A DNA stretch of 61,455 bases, filler included, from Choristocarpus tenellus KU-1152 (taxonomy: Eukaryota > Protista > Phaeophyceae): assembly GCA_964200185.2 (NCBI GenBank). It is 14 parts of 14 records of this genome, joined end to end, with 100 filler letters (N's around TTAATTAATTAA, not from the genome) between each part and the next. Parts side by side here need not be neighbours in the genome. Positions count along the whole stretch, not along the records: positions 14,447 to 18,917 come from CAXNAD020014395.1; positions 19,018 to 22,889 come from CAXNAD020017464.1; positions 22,990 to 27,346 come from CAXNAD020014939.1; positions 27,447 to 31,060 come from CAXNAD020018949.1; 10 more parts are not named here. The stretch is one strand, 5' to 3'. Shown piece after piece: positions 17,795-30,139 of the stretch. Under the pieces are notes generated by a model. It saw only the letters and a program-made list of their open reading frames with translations, ran no database searches and was not told the DNA's origin. The number at the start of each line of letters is the position of its first letter. Position 1 is the stretch's first letter. Both the position numbers and the translations under genes were made by a program.

Positions 17795-18657
17795 AAGGCG
17801 ATGGGGGCCGACCCGTTTGTAGCGGATTGTCAGGCCCAGAGGAAATTCCTATGGAGGACGTGAGGGGGCGGCTAGGCAAGGACTCGGAGTACACGCCTGT
17901 CAAGAGTGCCACAGGGATGTCCCCGAACACCCGTTCAGTGGACAGCGGCGGAACTAGGTCACAAGTACCAAGGAACGTGTGCGACCACAGTGTGAGGCGA
18001 AGCGAAAATCGCGTACATATTGATCGTAACACAACTCCGAGGGAGAAGAATTCCAAGAAGGACAAAGGGAAGCGCAAAAGGACCCTGATTAGGAAAAAGA
18101 GGGTTAGAGAAGACTTTGAAGACAAGGTGGATCGACCCGTTTGTTTTGACTTGTCAAGTCCAGAGAAACTTCCTGTGGAGGACGTGAGAGGGCGGCTAGG
18201 CAAGGACTCGGAGTCCACGCCTGTCAGGAGTGCCACAGGGATGTCCACGAACGCCCGTTCAGTGGACAGCGGCGGAACTGAGTCACAAGTACCAGGGAAC
18301 GTGTATGACCACAGCGTGAGGCGAAGCGAAAACCGCGTACATATTGATCGTAACACAACCCCGACAAAGAAACCTTCGAAGAAGGACAAAGGGAAGCGCA
18401 AAAGGACCCTGATTAGGAAAAAGAGGGTTAGAGAAGACTTGAAGACGAGGTGGACCGACCCGATGGTGACGCTTTCACATGTCCAGAGGAACTTCCTGTG
18501 GAAGACGTGAGGGAGCGGTGAGGCAAGGACTCGGAGTCCACGCCTGTCTGGAGTGACACAGGGATGTTCCCGAACGTCCATTCGGTGGGCAGCAGCGGTG
18601 ATGAGGCAAAGGTGTCAGAGAACGTGTACGACCATAGTGTTAGGCCAAGTGAGAACC
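17795..18657 (+). repeat. Tandem 324-bp (108-codon) repeat, ~2.7 units
   Basis: Anchor GGAGGACGTGAG..GGCGG..AGGCAAGGACTCGGAGT recurs at 17853, 18177 and 18500. The unit encodes EDVRGRLGKDSE.TPV...KKDKGKRKRTLIRKKRVRED. The third unit is cut by a family A MITE. Confidence 0.92.
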
Positions 18658-18917
18658 GAGTGAAAGTATCTTAGAAGGTACAATTGTTGACCTGTTTGTC
18701 CATTTGAGGCTTGACTTCCCTTGGGGTTTATACGACTTTCACCTACTCCAAAATATTTCGGAGTGGGCAAATGTTTACGCTCTGAAAAGGTGGGTCCGGA
18801 ACAAGGATATTGACACGTCCTAACATACACGATAGTCAAAATTATATCAAAATCGTGAGCCAAAGTATCTTAGAGGGTAGAGCCACGTCCATTTGGGGGC
18901 CAAAATCCAGTGTTGCG
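18658..18917. mobile_element. MITE family A copy whose last ~60 bp are inverted, or a nested second copy
   Basis: Starts GAGTGAAAGTATCTTAGAAGGTAC. At 18858 a GAGCCAAAGTATCTTAGAGGG end in the opposite orientation runs to the contig end. Confidence 0.85.
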
Positions 18918-20641
18918 NNNNNNNNNNNNNNNNNNNNNNNNNNNNNNNNNNNNNNNNNNNNTTAATTAATTAANNNNNNNNNNNNNNNNNNNNNNNNNNN
19001 NNNNNNNNNNNNNNNNNACACCTTCCTTACTTCATGTACAACCTGTTCTACATAATGAGGAAACAATCGAGTTATTTACATACACAAGTCTTAGGAACAC
19101 CAATTTCTTTAACATGTGCCAATAACACAACTTGAGAAAAACAAGAACAGGCACTCACCACACAACAAGCACAGCAACAAATACTATTTTTCGCCACATT
19201 CCATCCAATGGACTAGTGTGCCACAAAAAAGTCTCAAGTGCTTGTGTGCACCTACTGCAAGAATCGGAGGGAACTCGCGTCGGGAGAAAACTATTTAATG
19301 CAAAGGAGAACTAAAAGTAGTAACAACTGCTAAAACATAGGCTACTCATCTTTTGTGTCGTTGATACGATACAGTATTACCAGTTCATACTGACTGTTAA
19401 TTCACACGTCGGTACTGGTCTTTACTCACATTTACATCACTGGTACCCAATCATGGGATCGTCGATTACTGTTAGAACATCATAGTGTATGGCAAGTATG
19501 GAACAGTCAACATCTATCAAGTATACAAGCATAGTATGTGCAATACGAGTTATATAACAGATATTGATTCAAGAACGAATTCACGCTTCACTGCACTATG
19601 GTACCCCTTCTCTACAAACCTGTCACTGCACAAGAAATCACCATCAATTCAATCCCAGGTTTCAACAACAACAATACCGTTTATGACACAAGAGAGGGGG
19701 GAGTGGGGGGTTGGTAATAACAGCAGTGTTTTTTTGCAGTTAAGGGGGTTGTCCCTATATTTGAAGTACAAATGAATTGTGAATACAAGAGGTTGAGAAG
19801 GACAACAGGAGCAAGAACAAGACGCACAAATAATATCATCATCACTTGGTTGTCTCTATCACAGTGCTATTAGGTACAGTGCCCTCTTGAACAAGTTCAA
19901 CTACAGTCATGGTGTTTCAAACATTGATCACACAATGAGGCATGCAATAAAGATAATATTAGAACAAGAAATGGCTCAAACAAATTCAGAGGTAGGTAAT
20001 ATTACATTTTAAGGATCCCTAAGAAAGTCATTGTAGGCGCTGTTTCGTACACCTGCAGAAAGAGCCTTTGCTCAATCGTGGTGCCATTTTACTTGTGGGG
20101 GAATATCAATCTTACATACACTATTGTGCACATAATACAATGAAATCGAGCGTATTGTCCAGGGTAAGAAAGACTGCTCAGAATGCAAAAGGGTACAAAC
20201 CTGCCTACCTCTTGATTGGTTTGGCTCAACAATTGCTGAAGCGAAATAGAAACGACAGTAGTACCAATGGGGCGAGTGAACTTACCCTGTGGACCAATAA
20301 ACGAAGGAGGAGGATAACACGGGGGGTAGTTGTCCACAAAAAACAAGGCACGGAAGTGTGAAAGAACACTTGAACAGCAAATGTAGGAAATGATATCAAC
20401 GTGTGCAGGATGCCACCACAACGACCTCATTCATTCAACATTTTTCCACAAATCCAAGTCTTCATCACTGTAATAGTAGCTAATAGTAGTGGATACAGCA
20501 GAGACCATTTGAGATTGCCGAGCATAGTCCTCCATCTCCTTGTCTTCCCGTATGTTGACGAGTTCCAAAATATCTGTCAGTTCTTTCCCCTTCCTTCTCT
20601 GTCCTCTACTACTGGGGTGGAATCATCACGTAGTTTGGAGT

Positions 20642-20700
20642 GGACCAAAGTATCTGGGGGGGTGGGAGGAGGGTCTGTACTAGGGTGTCCATTTGGGCCA
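20642..20700. mobile_element. MITE family B, one-end fragment
   Basis: GGACCAAAGTATCTGGGGGGG...AGGGTGTCCATTTGGG. Confidence 0.75.
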
Positions 20701-21549
20701 CGATCAGATGTTGCAAAATGGTTTATTTGGTTTCTTCAGTCATGGAAGGTTGGTCCTTTTTTGATAAGTGTGGCATATTCTGCATTTAGTATGTGGGCTT
20801 GGCGCTTGGATCAGTGTGGACTGTGTGACGATGTCAAGAAAGTCGTCCTTAATGTAGAATTTTTGGTTAGGCGGATGTTGGTGTTTCGATGAGGTGTGGA
20901 ATAGGGGTTTGCCTGTTGTACATTTTATCGCCTTGACTTTGGACCATGGTACTAAGTACGGGAGGGTATTCCATCTGTGTCGGTTTGGTTATCTGTCTGT
21001 CAATATCTTAGTGCCTGAGCAACGCAAAGAAGTGAGAAGACCTATTGTATACACTGGGACATGATCGTGGACGAATTGTTTGCAGTTAGATTGCCGTTGA
21101 TATTGCGGTATAGATTATGTCGCCTAGGGTTAGCGCCATGCCACATACATGTCCTGGAGTACGATATGTGGGAGAGACGGTCGGTGTCTAGTGTGTCCGT
21201 ATAGGATGGAAGAGTGCTGCATGCAATGGAACATGCTAGAACAGGACACGACATAATCGTTGCATTGTAATGTTTGTTAAATTATGATTTAGTAACAGCT
21301 ACTCCTACAACACATACACACACGAAACCTTAAATCCGATGTCTAAGTTCTATAGTCTCTAGGCATATGAATGCGGAAAAAAGTAAGTTATAAGGAGTAT
21401 AAAAAAATAATCGCAGAGTATATAAATTATAAAACATTGGTAGTAATTAGACCATCAAACGAAGGTGTAGCAGCACGCATGTACATGAATGATAGGAAAA
21501 ATATTGAAAACCGAATATAATATATGTAAAGGTGCACTCCCACTTCAAC

Positions 21550-22520
21550 AAAGTCGAACCTCCCTAACACAAGACCTCCGTGGAAGCATGCACCGGATCA
21601 ATGAAGGAGAGGAGTGACTCATGAATTGCGAATACATATCGTAGCTCGTCCGCTCCGTGTCTCTCCTCTGCATTGCAGCAATGTGGGACTCGTCCAGAAC
21701 CAGGCCCACGTAGGGGCGTCCTGTTCTGTACTGTTCCGTTCTACAACAAGTTGGATATTTTGAACCTCACCATTCTCCCATTTCACCTCATAGGGGTAGC
21801 TGTCTCGCTCCTCGCCAACTCTCACCATGTGTCAGGGCTGGTACCTGGTCACGGTCCCTTGCATCAACTAACGTTCCCATCGAAAGTACAGTCTCCAGCC
21901 CTTGGCTCTCACATAAAGTGTTCTTCCCTGGACCAAATCCAGCACAACCCTCAGGGACGGTTCTAGGAGGATGTATCCCTCGGAATCCTTCTCCTTGTCC
22001 CTATGTTTCTCCTGGCGAACCATCTGCCGGCGGCGTTGGGTGACACGCTTGGCTGCAGCCTCATCACGGTCCCTCTTCTCCTTCTCCCGTAGTTCTTTGA
22101 TCCCTTCCTCAATCTCGTCCTCTGTTATGTACGACCTCAGTCCAGGTGGCAAAGAGCTCTCGCCATCGTCTCATAGGTAACACACAGAGTAGACATATGT
22201 CCCTGAATCGTCTGCGTGAACGTTGTGGACCTCCCCCCATATGATGATAGCGCCCCCACTTGCACATAGGATAATCCCGGTAGCTTGGCTGAACTTGGCA
22301 TTGGATTTGTCTCCAAGTCTGTGTTAGGTTCAGAAACGATCCCACCATGGGATTGGCAGTTCGAATTCCCAAGTGAACCTCTGGTATAGATCAGGCAGGA
22401 TGGTGAACGTGTCGTCCAGGTTGTTGTGGTGAATGTCTGTGAAGTCACGGATGAAGATAGCTTGAAGGGGGACGACAAGGGTACAAGTTGGACATCCTAC
22501 ACCACCACGATGATATTTGT
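21550..22520 (-). pseudogene. Decayed orphan gene with Tudor/SH3-barrel-like modules, copy 1
   Basis: Stitched translation QAIFIRDFTDIHHNNLDDTFTILP...IIWGEVHNVHADDSGTYVYSVCYL*DDGESSLPPGLRSYITEDEIEEG...GWRLYFRWER*...YPYEVKWENGEVQNIQLVVERNSTEQDAPTWAWFW. Collinear homolog at 50900-52180 (+). The fold assignment is inference. Confidence 0.7.
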
Positions 22521-25500
22521 TGTTATTGGGGAAGGTTGACGGGGGCAACCGTGAGGATGTTGTGCAAGACGATATTGTTGAGGTAGACATGTTGTGTTGT
22601 TCGCAGCCTTGACAAGAACAGAAAAAAAATAACATAGATTTCTGAAGGGAAAGAAACATACCGAAGATAATTGTAGTTTGAACATTGTTTTTAGAAATTA
22701 TGTGAAAGTTCTCGAAGTGTGGTATTCATGTAAAACAACGTACAAAAACAATGATACTTACAATAAGAGGTTTTAATTCTTTCAACATTCTGAAAGTGGT
22801 GTTGTAGAGCAAGATGTTGAATCGTGTGATTCTGTGGCGGCGTGGTTCACTCAGGCAAGGGTGGTGAAGAGAATCACCGGGCAAGACGGNNNNNNNNNNN
22901 NNNNNNNNNNNNNNNNNNNNNNNNNNNNNNNNNTTAATTAATTAANNNNNNNNNNNNNNNNNNNNNNNNNNNNNNNNNNNNNNNNNNNNTGTTTGGGTTT
23001 AAATACCCCAAGAAATGTTGTGGTTTTTAATTGTGTTATGGTGGGGGGGGGGGGGGGGGGGGGGTTAATATCGGCAATACAAGGAGCCTGTGGCAAGCCA
23101 AGAATTGGGGTACCAAGACTGATCTAGACTAACACATGACCATGACATATCCTAGCCCTTAAGCAACCCACCCAGACTAGTCCCTACCAGATAACAAGGC
23201 AACGTTGAGTAGGGTGCATGAACAATGTTCAAACAATGGGTTGATCCCCGACTAGGGGTAGGAATGCAAACTTGAGAATACAGGTACGGTACAGAAGCTA
23301 GAAGGAGCTGATCTCTAACAGCCTGCCACGGTAGGTAAAGGTCAAAAAGGTACAGAGGAGGTGAGGTGGGGGGGGGGGGTAGACTTCTGAAATTCATAAT
23401 CAAACCCACCTGAAACCCGTCAAAGCAGTCAGTATTACAGAATACATCCCAAACTATCCAGCATATATATATATATATATGATAGTACTAAAAAGGAAGA
23501 AACATCCTTTCAGAAAGGCAAGAAGTGTGTGAGTAGTCAGGAAATGGGGTACCATGTGCGAGGAGGCCTAACTGCAAGCGATAAAACCCAACAACGACTT
23601 TACTGTACTTTATGTGGGTGCAAGAAACCATAACCCCAAAAATATTTTGCATTTAACCTAGCTTGGTTGGGTGTGGTAATGTTTACTCCAAATCTATATT
23701 AAAGGAAAGTAAGGTGGGTCATAGGCCCCGCAAGTCTGCCTTGGGGTTTCATTGTCCGGCTGGCGTACCCATTGGGTTTATGCCAGAAGGGGGCTGTATG
23801 GGTAGACTAGCGGGAAAAGGGGGGGGGCAGAAGGGATAAACACAGAAGTGTTATGAGACAGCTTGGGACCAATAGTCTGAGTTCCATATACATACAGAGG
23901 TTGAATAGGTGGTTAGACCCCAGAAGTCGAGAGATAGACGTAGTGAAGGCCCTAGCAGAGTCCATGTGTTTGGGCTGCGGCATGAGGGGGAAGTAAGCAC
24001 AGCCAAGGGTAAGATAGCCATAATCCAATATTACCACAAACACTTTCCTTACATTCAACTTCCCCCACAACATGTCAGGACTCACTAGGTGCTCAAAGGG
24101 GATAGGTAGTGAGCCTAAGAGGAGGAGACCCCCGATATGGAGAATGAATGTAGAAACAAAGTTGTGCTCTGAAACGTTAGGTAGGGAAGGTAAATTGATG
24201 AGGCTAGATTTGGGTTTTTTTCGCTTTCTTTCTAGCCGGAGCATCAGAGTTGCGGGCCTATGATGAAGGGGGGGAGTACATGGAGATTTTGCAGTAAGAA
24301 GTAGGGATGTAGGCCGGAGGAGAGGATTGGAAAGAGTGAGATTGGAGGATAGACACCAAGCAGAAAAAGTAGAGGTAACGTTCACGGGGTCAAAAGGGGA
24401 CTAGGGTAGGAAGGGAGCTGTGTCGACCAGGTTTAAAAGGCGGAAGAAGGTGCGGGAGGTTGGGAGGTGGAAATGGCTCTTGCGGAATGTTTCCCAGAAC
24501 TCTCCCTTGATGCACCACTGATGACATGTAGGCAAGAAGGGGCATGGAGGGTGATCACGAGGGGCCAAGCGTCACGTGTCCTGAGGAGAATAGTAAAGGA
24601 ACTTTAGTTGAGACCAGAATAGTATGCCTGGCATTCGGGGAGCTACGAGATTGCCGACAATGGGGGTAGCAGGGTTGGTAATACAGAGGAAGGGGGGATA
24701 GAAGTCTGGGGCAGTTATGGTATACGTAAGGGCTAATCAGAGGGACCCAGTGTGAGTTTCCAAGAGCTTGGCAGAGAGTAAGATAGATTGAGTCCAACCA
24801 GGGCAGGAGGTAAGGGGATGAGCTAGAAAGAAATCAACCCCGAAAGGGAGGGGAGGTCAAGTTACGGCGGGGTAGATGTCTTCTAGCTCAAAGGAACGGT
24901 TTGAAGTGGATCATGAAGGGGTGTTCTTGGATGACTGTGGAGTGGTGTTGGGTTTTGTGGGAACTGCTGTGGGGTTGAGGGGAGTGGCAACTTGTGTGGG
25001 GTTGAAAGGTGGGGGATGGCTGGCAATCAGGGGCGAAGGGCATTCGCACTGGTTGGTCATCAAATGTGGGGGATGACTGGCAATTAGTTATGAAGGGTAT
25101 TCGCACTATTTGGTCATCAAATGGGGAATGGATAATAGAGGAATGGCAAACAAGGAAGAAGCTAATAATAATAATCCAGAATTCGTGAGCAAAACAAACT
25201 GTTTTATGATCGTTCGGCATAGTCAGGCTCCATGGAAATTTCGTGGAAATGGAATATTTTGGTGGTTGGTTTTGCGAAATGGAAGTAGAATAGAACCGTT
25301 CCTACATAGTTTGTGGGTAAGAGTGTTCATTCACGAATTCTGTCAAATGGGTTCATATCCAGCAAACCCAAAGCCCTCAGAACTATTAGAGTTGGTATGA
25401 AGTTGAAATAAACGTTCTGAATTCGTATCATTTCATGTGAACAAGACGTAGGGTGAACATTCCCGACTTCTCTCTGTGATTAATGTTGGTGTGTACATCA

Positions 25501-25959
25501 CCAATTACAAAGAAATGTATGGATATGTATTTCACTTAGATCACTTCTCAGCAGTACCTCTGCCACACCACCCTCCCCTACTGTGGTTTGTTCTGCACAC
25601 AAGAAAAAGAATGGTCTCTTGCATCAACTTTGTCATGCTATATAACTTCTGATCAACAGCGATTTTTTTCATGAAAATTAGTTTGTTGTGATCGCATCAG
25701 CATGCTTAACCTTAGTTAATGGGTCTCGGTTGGTCAACTTATACTAATCGTGAGAAACACAGAACCATACTTATATCAAGCAGTCCTCGCGCACGACGCG
25801 CGCGGAGGTGCCATGCGGTGCGCGTGAACCTCTCATTTAAGAATGGATTTGACGCCTGATGAGGTCATCTTCACCCGAAGAACATGGCCGTTGTTGTCTC
25901 TCCATTCTCTTTCCATTATTTCCCGTTAATGCAATGTTGCCACCTGCTGGCTAAGGCTC

Positions 25960-26640
25960 ACTCATGGGGGCCCAGGCCTCTGAACCAGACAATCCATGCA
26001 AAGTCAAATGAGGTATTCTGAAGGTGTAGGCCTCCTGTGAGACTTAAGGTCTTGTATACCCTGTACAATTTGGTGCACTCCATCCCTTTCTCGTTGGAAT
26101 GTATTAGGTGGTAAGCAATACTCATCCTGAGGTTCACAATTACTCTGGACAGCCACCATTCATCCTTAAGACTGACAGAAATGTTGGCTCTCATTGCAGG
26201 CAAGGTGCAGTCACAATGGCCTCGTACACAGTGCTTTGCCCGCCTCGGACTATCTCGATCGGGTTCAATTCACAGTGGCACTTTGGAAGCATCAAGCAGA
26301 GTCCTCCAAGACGCTCAACCAGAATCTTAAGGCTCAGTTCTGCCACAATGTCACCCGCCATGACTGATTCGCGGAACTGACAGAAGAGCTCCTTCCTTCT
26401 TAGCTTCCCAACACTACCTCATGGACAACCAGACCCATCGCGACGACTTCCATGGTTTGTTGCTGCACCCGAAACCCCAGCGCCTGCACCAACTGTTCGT
26501 GGAGAGCTACGAGAGGTGATGTGTTGCTGGCTGTCCCCTGCGTCTGGCTGCGACCCTTGACCTCCCTCTCCCTCGCGTTTCCCCAAGAGATCTGACCACC
26601 CCTCGACAAAGAAAGAGCTGAAGAAATTATGCTCACCATC
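25960..26640 (+). pseudogene. Possible heavily decayed SNF2-family helicase fragment
   Basis: Across frames and in order: LMGPRPLNQTI (cf. DEMGLGKTIQTI), IPFSL..W..PEVHNYSG, VTMASYTVL, DYLDRVQF, ELL.FLASQHYL...RLHQLF. Many indels and no intact DEAH motif. Confidence 0.3.
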
Positions 26641-26964
26641 CAGGTCACGACTATGCCTGCCCTTCGTTGATTTGAGCGTCCAGCTGCAGCACTCCACGAC
26701 TCCCCCCTTCTCTCCTTGTGGACGAACAGAAATCCTCTTCCGATATCCCTGGCCCCTGACTTCCCAGCGGCATCGAACTAACTCAAATCCATTAGGGAGT
26801 AACCGCACCACAACGTCGACGTCATCATGTGACAACTCGGAGTTCATTGAGCGTCACATTGTCCTGTGAGGCTCAGGCCACAACTCGGAGTTCATTGTCA
26901 CAGTGTCCTGTGAGTGGCTTAAACAGTATTAAGCCTAGGTCCACCCACGTACTGTTTTGGTGGT

Positions 26965-27275
26965 CACCAATCTTCATTTTTTCGGAAGGGTTGCCCAATG
27001 AATTAAACAACAATGTGCATATCAAATGAAAGCTCTAGATCTAAGCTATCACTGATCCAAAGGAATTTTTTCGGAAAAATATGCTTGGTCGTGATCATTC
27101 ATTCCGGAACATTTCCAAGGTTGTGCCAAAACCATTCAGCTAAAATTTAACCTTACCAAAAAATTTCCGAAAGAATTCCTTTGAATCAGTGATAGCTTAG
27201 ATCCAGAGCTTTCATTGATATGCTCATCTTTGTTTAGCTCGATGGGCAACCCTTTAAAAAAGATCAAGACTGGTC
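26965..27275. mobile_element. Foldback/palindromic element with ~120-bp inverted arms
   Basis: 26965-27089 is the imperfect reverse complement of 27155-27275, e.g. GCATATCAAATGAAAGCTCTAGATCTAAGCTATCACTGATCCAAAGGAATT vs AATTCCTTTGAATCAGTGATAGCTTAGATCCAGAGCTTTCATTGATATGC. Loop ~65 bp. Confidence 0.85.
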
Positions 27276-27446
27276 TCATCCTAGAGGCGACCGCTAATGT
27301 TACAGGCGCCCCTCAATGCTCACCTTCCAGGATGTACAACTCAAATNNNNNNNNNNNNNNNNNNNNNNNNNNNNNNNNNNNNNNNNNNNNTTAATTAATT
27401 AANNNNNNNNNNNNNNNNNNNNNNNNNNNNNNNNNNNNNNNNNNNN

Positions 27447-27530
27447 ACAAGCAGCGCGACATGGAAAAATGGGCCACGAATGGACAGCCGTTGCCCCCTC
27501 CCCCCCCCCCACCCCCAGATACTTTGAGCC
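27447..27530. mobile_element. MITE family B end at contig start
   Basis: GCGACATGGAAAAATGGGCC..AATGGACAGCC-polyC-AGATACTTTGAGCC. Confidence 0.85.
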
Positions 27531-28284
27531 TGTATTATGAACTTTTCCCAAATAAGCATGTATGTTTTATATATATGCAGAGGGCAAACAGCCAGTCTCC
27601 GTTTCACACCTCAGGGTATGAACGCATAAAACTCTGTGTCATAATTAAGAACAATATATTACGGTCGAGATGATAGATACACACACACATATGTAATGCA
27701 CCGAGTGGTCCATAATAACATACATACACTTGAATCGAATTGTGAGAGTTCCGTAACTGACTGAAGATAAATAATAAAAATTGCTCTTTTTACTCCTCCT
27801 CGATTTTCCGCCTAACACCATGACGTTCTCTTTACTTCGGAGGGTTTTAGCTGTAAAAATCATGAAAGCTTGGGTTAGTCGTGCGACGTACGTACAGTTG
27901 GCCATATTAGCTAGATAGTCCTCTGATAGACGTAAGAAGCGGACAATACATCTCGATACAGCTTAAGTCACAATTTCTAAGTAGTAGTGCAGAGGATTTG
28001 AGCCATAGTATACAAGAATTACCCAGGTTTTGGCTGCTGCTGCGTTGTTCTTGAAATCTTTTTTTTTTATTTTTCACAATTTACCCTTATATTTCTACGG
28101 ATCAAGTTCTAAGTCCGACTTGAGAAGCGTTTATTTCTCTAGTATTGCTTGAACAATTTCTGGCGCAATTCAGAAAGTATCCTGTATGCATTATTGGTAG
28201 AGAATAGTATTTGTTATCACCCTTAAAAATGGATCTGGTTACCTCTCTCTTTTAATTAGGCTCAATATTAGGACATTATTTCCC

Positions 28285-28539
28285 CCTTACGAGTTTTTCC
28301 CTGTTTGTCCATTATTTGGGGATTAGCTTCCCACGGGTTCTTAATGACATTTTACCTACTCTAAAATGTTTAGGAGTAGTAGGTGAAATATATATACGTT
28401 ATGAAAAGGTGTGTCCGGAACAAGGATATTGACCTTCCCTAACAAACATGACAGCCAAGATTACATCAAAATTGTAACATTGGATTTTGGCCCCCAAATG
28501 GACGCGGCTCTACCCTCTAAAGATAGATGCTTCGACTCT
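28285..28539. mobile_element. MITE family A, slightly degenerate
   Basis: Family A interior with hairpin and the GGACGCGGCTCTACCCTCTAAAGATA...TTCGACTC end. Confidence 0.85.
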
Positions 28540-29051
28540 ATTGGAACAAACTCAATGCGTTGTGGTTTGCATACTTGAAAGACCCACTTTTGGTTTCTCG
28601 CTTCCATAGAAAATAAATAATATACTCACTTTGAATTATACATCAAAATATCATTATTTCATTAGGCTTGGTGCGGACGTCCCGTCTCCTGCATCCAGCT
28701 CATTGGTACCATGCTCTCATAGTTATGAGACACATCCACAACCAAAAACGGGCACGGTGAGGTCCTGTTGACCTGAACGAAAGGCTTGATTCTCCTGGAC
28801 AGACTGATACTATCTAAAAAAACACGATTCAGTCCAACAAGTCATACGCCGGGCCATGTTAAAAATTCCCTGCCAAGGTGAGCGGCCCATATCATATTAA
28901 TAATGTGCAAGTCCCGATGATTTTCTCATCCTTGCTGCAAAAGTGCCATCATTGGTGTGAGACCTCTTGAAATTGTCAACAAGATTTTGACATCCCTGCA
29001 GCTTGCAAAGGATGTCTGAGGGTTGAGATGCAAAGGAGTCAACGGCAGCAG

Positions 29052-30139
29052 TCAACGGTCCTCTAGTTTTTTCATTGGCCTTTGGGCAGTTGCGTCACAC
29101 TTGGCCTTGAATTGCTCCAGCAGGTTATCCAGGACGAAACAGTCCAGCCTCTGTCCGAGGAAAAAGAAAAAGAAAAGAGAAAGAGATCAAATAATGTGGT
29201 TTGTCGGTGAGTGACACGGTGTGTATGGGGAAGAAATTAGTTCTTGATCCTTCCATCTATACCACGGCTTTCTTAAACATCAGAGTGGAAGTATCTTAGA
29301 GGGTACGAGTTTTGCCCTGTTTGTCCATTCGGGGCTTGGCTTCCCACGGTTTTTGATGGCATTTTACCTAATCCGATTTGGTTTGGAGTAGGTGATATGT
29401 ATACATTATGAAAACGTGTGTCCGGAATGAGGTTATCGACACCTACTTCCTAACAAACACGACAGCCAAAATTACATCAAAATATCAACGTTTGATTTTG
29501 GCCCCCAAATGGGCGCGGCTCTACCCTCAAAGATACTCTAACTCATCAATTATATGTTTTTATTTTGGGCAACCTTTCTTCTCGCGCCAGCAAACATGTC
29601 AACCAATGGGGGTGCTAACATGTTCAATGGCGGGAGGGGTCGATAAGGCGTACCCAGAGTTGCAGTTCATGTATGCCAAGGAGGGGTCCTTTCTTTATCT
29701 GAACTGCATTTTGACAGTAGTAGCTCCTCTGAGTCTGATCATTCCTTCAGGCATTCTTCTAGGCCTGCCCACACTGGTCTGGCAGGATTAAGACAAAATG
29801 TAGGGGGTGGGGGAGGGAGGAGGAGGAGGGCAAGATTCGTCTTACCTGTTGTGCTGAGCACATTCCATCTTGCATCTTGACGTCTGCGCAGTGATAGAGC
29901 ATGTAGCCTAGCCCTCCCAGTCCCACGCAGTTCTCACCAATGACCCTAGTCTCTGGCAAAGAAACCACCTTCCCTCTCCTTTCCTTATACCTCCTTCCCT
30001 CCCTTGCAGCCCATTCTGAGTGAGTGGCACTGGCCAACGCTTCTTGGGTTAAGGAATCCTCTCCTCCGAAGGCGATAAGTCCGAGGGAGCTGACATAGAT
30101 ACGACATGCCTCGACAAGACTCAACCTGGAGTCAATGGC
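29052..30139 (-). CDS. Last two exons of an unknown protein
   Basis: Phase-0 exons 30139-29846 (AIDSRLSLVEACRIY...GMCSAQQ|gtaaga) and 29150-29052 (RLDCFVLDNLLEQFKAKCD...EDR*). Both have pyrimidine-rich cag acceptors. Confidence 0.6.
29283..29544. mobile_element. MITE family A, complete, 4-bp TSD ATCA
   Basis: ATCA at 29279-29282 and 29545-29548 around GAGTGGAAGTATCTTAGAGGG...CCCTCAAAGATACTCTAACTC. Confidence 0.93.

Noticed and set aside
17577-18581. 334-aa minus-strand ORF
   Set aside because: Antisense shadow of the 324-bp tandem repeat with no independent support.
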